A DNA stretch of 64,000 nucleotides from Dehalococcoidia bacterium (GTDB taxonomy: Bacteria > Chloroflexota > Dehalococcoidia > Plut-88900), in contig CBDFLQ010000007.1 of assembly GCA_965249275.1 (NCBI GenBank), forward strand, positions 96,001 to 160,000, in the 5' to 3' direction. Numbering within the stretch: position 1 is the first letter of the stretch; each line of letters starts with the position of its first letter. Both the position numbers and the translations under genes were made by a program. The notes below the pieces were generated by a model. It was given only the letters and a program-made list of their open reading frames with translations, ran no database searches and was not told the origin of the DNA. Positions 57,877 through 64,000 of this stretch are shown in pieces.

Positions 57877-59220
57877 ATGACAACCACCCACCCCAAAACC
57901 CTCGACACCATAATCGTAGGCGGCGGCATCGCCGGCCTAACTATCGCCTACCGACTCCAAAACCAGGACATCCTGCTCCTGGAAAAAGAGGACTACTGCG
58001 GCGGTCGCACCCTCTCCAAGCAGATGGGCGAGTACGTCTACAACATGGGCGCCCAGGTCGTAAACGGCGACGACAGCCTTGTCGCTCCCCTCGCCAACGA
58101 GCTAGGAGTGACCCGTAGCCTCATCAACAAGACCAAGCTCCCGATTATCATGAAGGGCAAGCTGGTAGCCGCCTCCAATGAGCCCTCCTTCCTCTGGCAG
58201 CTTCCCATTTCTCTCTCCGACAAGATCAAGCTCGGCTGGCAGGTGCTCAACCTCAGGCGCAAGTACGGCGAAGTGCGCAAAGACTTCCCCGACATCAACG
58301 ACCCCGATATCGTCCACCTCAACTCCATGACCCTCGCCCAGTACATGAATCTCGAATCCGGGGACCTCCGAGACATCTGGGACACTGTCGCCCTCGCCAC
58401 TACTACTACCCACGCCGGCGAGTCCTCTGCCTACCACCCCATCAGCACCTTCCTCCACTTCATGGCGAAGGAGTATTTCGTCAACGGCGGCACCTGGCAG
58501 ATCACCCGTGCCCTCTGGGACCGACTCTCCGACAGGATCGAGACCTCCGCCGAGGTTGCAAGGGTCGAGCAGGGCTCAGACGGCGTCACAATCACCTATT
58601 CCCAAGGGGGTCAGACCCACACCGTGCGCGCCCGAAAATGCGTCATGGCTGTCCCCGCGCCTGTCGCACTCCCCATAATCGACCCTCTTCCCGACTGGAA
58701 ACGCGAGGCCCTGGCCGCCGCCCGATACGGCTCCATAACCAGCGCCGGGTTCCTCCTCGACCGCAACTCAGAGGACTTTCTCGGAAAGGGTGTTTGGCGG
58801 GTCCCGACCGTGCGCAGCCGGCTCGTATCCGTTACAAACCCCACCATCACCTTCCCGCAGGAGGTAAAGGAAAGGACGGGCCAGGGTCTCCTGCGCGTCT
58901 ACACCGCCGACACAGAGTCCAAGCGGCTCTCCAAGCTCTCCGACGGCGAGTCCGTCGAGTCCCTCATGGAAGAGCTCTACGCCGTCCTCCCCGACACCCG
59001 TGGCCACGTAATAACCGGCGCCCTGAAACACTGGGAACACGGCGGAAGCCCTTGGCTTGTTGGTCGCCTGGCCCACGTCCCCAACATCCAGGCCCCCACC
59101 GACAACATCCACTACGCCGGCGACTACACCGCCGGCTCCGGCATGGACGCCGCCGTCCACTCCGCCTCCCGAGTCCTCACCGAACTAGGCCACGCCCCCC
59201 TCTTCCCCACCCCCGCCTAA
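57877..59220 (+). CDS. FAD-dependent oxidoreductase (amine oxidase/protoporphyrinogen oxidase family)
   Basis: IIVGGGIAGL, LLEKEDYCGGR, IHYAGDY, GMDAAVHS. Confidence 0.85.
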   Translation: MTTTHPKTLDTIIVGGGIAGLTIAYRLQNQDILLLEKEDYCGGRTLSKQMGEYVYNMGAQVVNGDDSLVAPLANELGVTRSLINKTKLPIIMKGKLVAASNEPSFLWQLPISLSDKIKLGWQVLNLRRKYGEVRKDFPDINDPDIVHLNSMTLAQYMNLESGDLRDIWDTVALATTTTHAGESSAYHPISTFLHFMAKEYFVNGGTWQITRALWDRLSDRIETSAEVARVEQGSDGVTITYSQGGQTHTVRARKCVMAVPAPVALPIIDPLPDWKREALAAARYGSITSAGFLLDRNSEDFLGKGVWRVPTVRSRLVSVTNPTITFPQEVKERTGQGLLRVYTADTESKRLSKLSDGESVESLMEELYAVLPDTRGHVITGALKHWEHGGSPWLVGRLAHVPNIQAPTDNIHYAGDYTAGSGMDAAVHSASRVLTELGHAPLFPTPA

Positions 59221-59490
59221 CCCCCTCGCGACGCCGCCCTTTACCGTCACTCCTGCCTCCACAGGAATCCATCCAGCGGGGTCGGGCCGCTCACCCTGAG
59301 CGGAGTCGAAGGGTCGAGCGTGGGGGGCTCCGCGTCTCACCAACCCGCCACGCCCGCCTACCCTAACCCATTTGTCATGTCATCCCGAGGCCCCGCGAGG
59401 GATCTCAAGCGCATCTTCCGCCAAACATTGAATTGTAGAGGCAACTCACACCTCTCTACTGGGGTGGCGAGGGGGAACTCCCCCCGAAAC

Positions 59491-59874
59491 CTAACTAGGT
59501 ATACAAGCCGTCACCATAATCTCCACCAACAGGTCCGGCCTGTTTAACATCACCTCCACCGTGGCCCTGGGCGGCTTGCTCACCGTAAAGTGCTTGCCAT
59601 ACTCCTCATTGAAATCGGCAAGGTCCTCCCTCTTCGTAAGCCAGCAGTTCACCGACAATACGTTCTCCAAGTTCGTGCCCGCCGCGTCCAACACCCTCTT
59701 GATCCGCTCGATCGTGAAGCGAGTCTGCTCCGCCACGCCCTCTCCCAGCTTCCCGGTATCCGGGTGCGTCCCCGTCTGCCCCGCCACGAAAACCAGGTCT
59801 CCAAATCTCGCACCCGGCGAAAGGTTCGGGTTCCCGCCCTTCATATCGACGTTGATAATTTCCTTCTTCGGCAT
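59491..59874 (-). CDS. RidA/YjgF family protein
   Basis: VFVAGQTG, NEEYGKHF, PPRATVEV, LVEI. Confidence 0.9.
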   Translation of the reverse strand: MPKKEIINVDMKGGNPNLSPGARFGDLVFVAGQTGTHPDTGKLGEGVAEQTRFTIERIKRVLDAAGTNLENVLSVNCWLTKREDLADFNEEYGKHFTVSKPPRATVEVMLNRPDLLVEIMVTACIPS

Positions 59875-60011
59875 TTCGATTCCTCCTGTACGGTTGTATT
59901 AGCTCCGGATCGACACGAGTCCAATGTCTTCCGCCTCGACCCAATGGGATACTATATGTACGGCACGACAAGCGCAATCTAGGCACGAAACGGCATCAGG
60001 GCGTTCAGCAA

Positions 60012-60569
60012 TCAGGGTGGGCGGACCATCCGGGTTTCCATGGCCCTAGCAGCAGGCAGATTACCCCTTCCAGCAAAGCTTTCTAAGGCCGTCAAGTATT
60101 GGATTAGGTCGACTCGCTGCTGTAAGTTGTCCAAATCGACGGTTATTGGAACCCATATACCGAGAATGGACAAATGGTTGAACAGTTGAAACAACTCAAC
60201 GTTCAATCGCTCCCGCTCCGCCACATCACTTAGGTCAAAGATGATTGGAGAAGGGTCGTCCAATTGGACTAGAACCCTCTTGCATTCTGTTAAATCCCAA
60301 CTAAGGTTCCGAAACTTCCGCTCGGCCGCATAACGCCATCTACGATACAACTTACGGGCAATAACCCAGGAAAATGCAGCAGATACCGCTGCGAACAAGG
60401 ATCCTAGGACGATGACCACAAATGGAAATACCGCTCCGAGAAGTGGCGCAATATCATTCAGGGCCGAGTCCAAACTGGACGCAAAACCTCCGACATTAAT
60501 GAAGTAAACCATGCATGCCGGAAGTCCGGTGAAGGCAAGCCAGATGAGAACCTTCCATAATGTACGCAC
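60012..60569 (-). CDS. Hypothetical membrane protein, lower GC
   Basis: Two N-terminal TM segments; codon usage unlike its neighbours. Confidence 0.6.
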   Translation of the reverse strand: MRTLWKVLIWLAFTGLPACMVYFINVGGFASSLDSALNDIAPLLGAVFPFVVIVLGSLFAAVSAAFSWVIARKLYRRWRYAAERKFRNLSWDLTECKRVLVQLDDPSPIIFDLSDVAERERLNVELFQLFNHLSILGIWVPITVDLDNLQQRVDLIQYLTALESFAGRGNLPAARAMETRMVRPP

Positions 60570-60679
60570 CCGGCCATGCTAACTTGCCCTAGTGGCAGTG
60601 GCAAGGAGTGAATCACCGTTTTTCTAGCGTACGTATGAATCGAAGTCACGCCTCAGTCTCAATGAGATTCCACCCCACC

Positions 60680-61753
60680 ATGAACACCCACACCCTCCGA
60701 TGCACCGCCTGCTCCCGAGACCACGCCCCCGACATGCGTACTCTGCACTGCCAAGAGTGCGCCTCCCCCCTCGTCGTGGCCTATCCCTCTGATGCAGAAC
60801 CCGTCCTCAATGCTTGCCCCGTCTCCCTCGGCGAAGGACACGCACCAGTCGTAACCCTGCCGACCATCGCTGACTCCCTTGGCCTGAAATCCCTCTACAC
60901 CAAGCTGGAGTTCGCCTCCCCGACCGGCTCCTTCAAAGACCGAGGCACCGCGGCCATGATTGCCGCCGCCCGAGAGTTCGGTATCAACGAGCTAGTCGAG
61001 GACTCCTCCGGCAACGCCGGGGCCTCCGTAGCTGCCTACTCCGCCCGATGTGGCATCAAGGCCCACGTCTTCGCCCCCGACTCCGCCCCCGATACCAAGC
61101 TCCGCCAGATCAAGGTCTATGGTGCAGAGCTGCACCTGGTCCCCGGCCCCCGAGAAACCGCCGCCGAGGCCGCCCTCGCCTTCTGCGAAGAACACAACCT
61201 CGTCTACGCCTCCCACAACCTGAGCCCCTACTTCCTGGAGGGCACAAAGACCTTCACCCACGAGCTTCCCGCAAACTTCCCGGACGGTCTCCCCGACCAC
61301 ATCGTCATGCCCGTCGGCAACGGCTCCCTCTTCCTGGGCGCGTGGCTCGGGCTACGAGAGCTCCAACGCCGCGGCGCTATAAACACCCTCCCGAAGCTCC
61401 ACGTAGTCCAGGCCGAGCCCGTCATGCCCATCGTCGCCGCCTTCCGAGGCCAAACCTGGGCCCCGTCTCCCGGCGCCCGCACCATTGCCGGCGGCATCTC
61501 CGTCGCCAACCCACCAAGACTCACCCACGTCCTCAGCATCCTCCGAGAGTCCGGCGGCAACGCCGTCGCCATCCCGGACTCCGAGATCAAAACCTGGCAG
61601 ACCCGCCTCGCGCAATCCGAAGGCCTCTTCTGCGAACCCACTTCCGCCGCCGCCTTTGCCGGCCTCCCAGCTCTCATCGCGTCTGGTGCAATATCGCCTA
61701 CCGAGACCGTCCTGGTCCCGATTACAGGCTCAGGCCTGAAGGACCCTACCTGA
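60680..61753 (+). CDS. Threonine synthase-like PLP enzyme with N-terminal zinc ribbon
   Basis: CTAC...CQEC, SLGEG, PTGSFKDRG, DSSGNAGAS, PVGNG, EPTSA, TGSGLK. Confidence 0.88.
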   Translation: MNTHTLRCTACSRDHAPDMRTLHCQECASPLVVAYPSDAEPVLNACPVSLGEGHAPVVTLPTIADSLGLKSLYTKLEFASPTGSFKDRGTAAMIAAAREFGINELVEDSSGNAGASVAAYSARCGIKAHVFAPDSAPDTKLRQIKVYGAELHLVPGPRETAAEAALAFCEEHNLVYASHNLSPYFLEGTKTFTHELPANFPDGLPDHIVMPVGNGSLFLGAWLGLRELQRRGAINTLPKLHVVQAEPVMPIVAAFRGQTWAPSPGARTIAGGISVANPPRLTHVLSILRESGGNAVAIPDSEIKTWQTRLAQSEGLFCEPTSAAAFAGLPALIASGAISPTETVLVPITGSGLKDPT

Positions 61754-61803
61754 TCCCGATGTTGTATCATGAAACTCCTCGTATAACGCCATAGGAGCCA
61801 ACC

Positions 61804-63381
61804 ATGCCCACCCCCCTCCGCCCCTCCCTAGCCCCTTACGAGGCCTACCCTCTCTTCAAGGTCCTTCAGCGCACCGCCACCCGCCTCCCCGACAAAACTG
61901 CCGTCATCGACGGTGACCGCACCTTCACCTTCTCGCAGCTTGACGAACAGAGCGACAGGTTCGCCGCCGCCCTCGCGGGTCTCGGCGTGGTAAAGGGGGA
62001 CCGAGTCGGTCTCTTTGCTCCAAACTGCGCCGAGTTCGTCACCGCCTACTTCGGCATCCTGAAAACCGGCGCAGTCGTAGCCCCGGCAAACGCCGCCTAC
62101 CGCGCCCGAGAGCTAACCCACCAGATGGACAACTCAGATGTGAAAGTGCTCGTATCGCATCAGGCCAACCTCCCCGTGGTGGAAGCCGCCCGCCCCGACC
62201 TTCCCGGCTTGAAAACCGTCATCAACGTTGGACCCAATGCCCCCGACACCCTGAACTTTGACCAACTCATCTCCGAATCCGAACCCACCCCTCCTTCCGT
62301 CACCATCGATCCGAAGGAAGACCTTGCCGCCTTGCCTTCTTCCAGCGGCACCACCGGTCTCCCCAAGGGCGTCATGCTCACCCACTTCAACCTCACCAGC
62401 AACCTCGAACAGACCCTCAAGCGTCCCGGCGAAGCCTCTGCCCCCACCGAAGACGATGTCCTTTTGGTCCACCTCCCGCTCTTTCACAGCTACGGCATGA
62501 CCGTTCTGATGAACACCGCCATCGCCGCGGGGGCCACCCAGGTCCACATGGGCCGCTTCGACATGGACCTCTTCCTCGACCTCGTTCCTCGACACCATAT
62601 CACCATGCTCTTCACCGTCCCGCCCGTCGTCCTAGGCGTGGCCCAGGTCCCGGGCATCGAGTCCCATGACCTCTCTTCCCTCCGAGTCTGCCTCTCCGGC
62701 GCTGCCCCCCTCTCCGAGGAGCTTCAGACCCGGTTCGAGCGGCTGACCGGAGTCCCGACCGTCCAGGGCTACGGCCTAACCGAGACCTCCCCCGTCACAA
62801 ACATGGATTTCGTAGACCCCGCGCGCCGGCGCCCCGGCTCCATCGGTCCGCCAACCGCAGACACCGATGAGAAGATTGTCGACCCCGAAGACGGTTCTCG
62901 TGAACTTGCGCCCGGAGAGATCGGCGAGTTGATCATCCGCGGCCCTCAGGTCATGAAGGGCTACTGGCGCAACCCAGAGGCCACCGCCGAGACCATAAAG
63001 GACGGTTGGCTTTACACTGGCGACATGGCCCACATGGACGCCGACGGCTACGTCTACATCGTCGACCGGAAGAAGGAGCTGATCAAGTACAAGGGCTTCC
63101 AGGTCGCCCCCGCCGAGATGGAGGCCCTCCTCCTCGAGCACCCCAATGTCGCCGACGTTGCCGTCGTCGGCAAGCCCGATGAAGAGGCCGGCGAGCTTCC
63201 CAAGGCCTACGTTGTCGCCAAGGATTCGTCCCTAACCGCCGCCGACGTCATGTCCTTCGTCGCCGAGCGCGTGGCCGGTTTCAAGAAGATCCGTGAGGTC
63301 GAGTTCATCGACGAAATCCCCAAGAGCCCTTCAGGCAAGATCCTCCGCCGCGTCCTCAGCGACATGGAAAAGGCCCGTTAA
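61804..63381 (+). CDS. Acyl-CoA ligase (4-coumarate/long-chain fatty acid-CoA ligase-like)
   Basis: SSGTTGLPKG, QGYGLTETSP, WLYTGD, DRKKELIKYKG, PKSPSGKILRR. Confidence 0.93.
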   Translation: MPTPLRPSLAPYEAYPLFKVLQRTATRLPDKTAVIDGDRTFTFSQLDEQSDRFAAALAGLGVVKGDRVGLFAPNCAEFVTAYFGILKTGAVVAPANAAYRARELTHQMDNSDVKVLVSHQANLPVVEAARPDLPGLKTVINVGPNAPDTLNFDQLISESEPTPPSVTIDPKEDLAALPSSSGTTGLPKGVMLTHFNLTSNLEQTLKRPGEASAPTEDDVLLVHLPLFHSYGMTVLMNTAIAAGATQVHMGRFDMDLFLDLVPRHHITMLFTVPPVVLGVAQVPGIESHDLSSLRVCLSGAAPLSEELQTRFERLTGVPTVQGYGLTETSPVTNMDFVDPARRRPGSIGPPTADTDEKIVDPEDGSRELAPGEIGELIIRGPQVMKGYWRNPEATAETIKDGWLYTGDMAHMDADGYVYIVDRKKELIKYKGFQVAPAEMEALLLEHPNVADVAVVGKPDEEAGELPKAYVVAKDSSLTAADVMSFVAERVAGFKKIREVEFIDEIPKSPSGKILRRVLSDMEKAR

Positions 63382-63459
63382 CCTCGGCTCGGATCACCGT
63401 GGCGCGTGCCTGTTGACTCTACATAATGGCCTTACCGACGAGAGGATACCCCTAGCCCC

Positions 63460-64000
63460 ATGCCTCGGCTCTTGGAAGTCCTCCTCATCGCCACCCGACT
63501 GGGCCTAACCTCCTTCGGCGGCCCCATTGCCCACATCGGCTACTTCCGCGATGAGTACGTAGTCCGGCGCGCCTGGCTCACCGAGCAGCGCTTCGCCGAG
63601 CTAGTAGTCCTCTGCCAGTTCTTGCCCGGCCCGGCCAGCAGCCAGCTTGGCATGGCCATAGGAATGCGTCGTGCCGGAATCTTCGGTGCCTTGGCCGCGT
63701 GGCTCGGTTTCACCCTCCCTTCAGCTATCGCCCTCGTCCTCTTCGCATATGGTGTAGAGGAACTCGGCGGAGAGGCCACAGAATGGTTGCACGGCCTGAA
63801 GGTCGTGGCCGTTGCAGTTGTCGTCCTCGCCTTGTGGGGCATGGGCAAAACCCTCGCCCCCGACAGGTCCCGAGTCACCATCGCCGTCTTGGCCGCAGCA
63901 GCGCTCCTTTTCACAGAAGGCGTGCTGATTCAGCTCGCCGTCATTGCCGGCGGTGCCGTCCTCGGCCTCACCTTCCTCCGCCCGACCACCCCCACCCAAG
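63460..64000 (+). CDS. chrA: Chromate efflux transporter (3' end runs off window)
   Basis: Not in ORF track. LGLTSFGGPIAHIGYF...WLTEQRF...CQFLPGPASSQLG...GFTLPS. Confidence 0.9.
   Translation, partial: MPRLLEVLLIATRLGLTSFGGPIAHIGYFRDEYVVRRAWLTEQRFAELVVLCQFLPGPASSQLGMAIGMRRAGIFGALAAWLGFTLPSAIALVLFAYGVEELGGEATEWLHGLKVVAVAVVVLALWGMGKTLAPDRSRVTIAVLAAAALLFTEGVLIQLAVIAGGAVLGLTFLRPTTPTQ

Noticed and set aside
46061-59406. CRISPR array
   Set aside because: Repeats are dispersed and degenerate, lack regular spacers, and no cas genes are seen.

Overview
A 64-kb bacterial chromosome segment. Gene content suggests Chloroflexota, probably Dehalococcoidia/SAR202-like (inference from the expanded luciferase-like, amidohydrolase, GMC and SDR families, a short YidC and GAAC-N4-GTTC-like SOS boxes). 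Housekeeping content: sbcC, a DtxR/IdeR regulator with its operator facing an Fe(III) ABC transporter, cmk-glmS, pckA, rpmH-rnpA-yidD-(beta-propeller)-yidC-jag, tRNA-Ala, archaeal-type ppcA, a solute-binding protein/kinase/phosphatase module, and about 25 kb of catabolic genes. The most unusual items: (1) an intact but orphan terminase small/large pair behind an SOS-like promoter next to rpmH, with no other phage genes; (2) a luciferase-like gene with an in-frame TGA followed by a SECIS-like hairpin; (3) two integrase-free cargo segments, each bounded by a synonymously diverged copy of a host gene's 3' end and placed symmetrically around a divergent gene pair; (4) a three-gene zinc-ribbon/CD225 (dispanin) cluster with J-domain and DUF2752 genes; (5) four families of intergenic palindromes, all in one orientation, some nested with IS-like ends. 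All calls come from reading motifs by eye; no searches were run.
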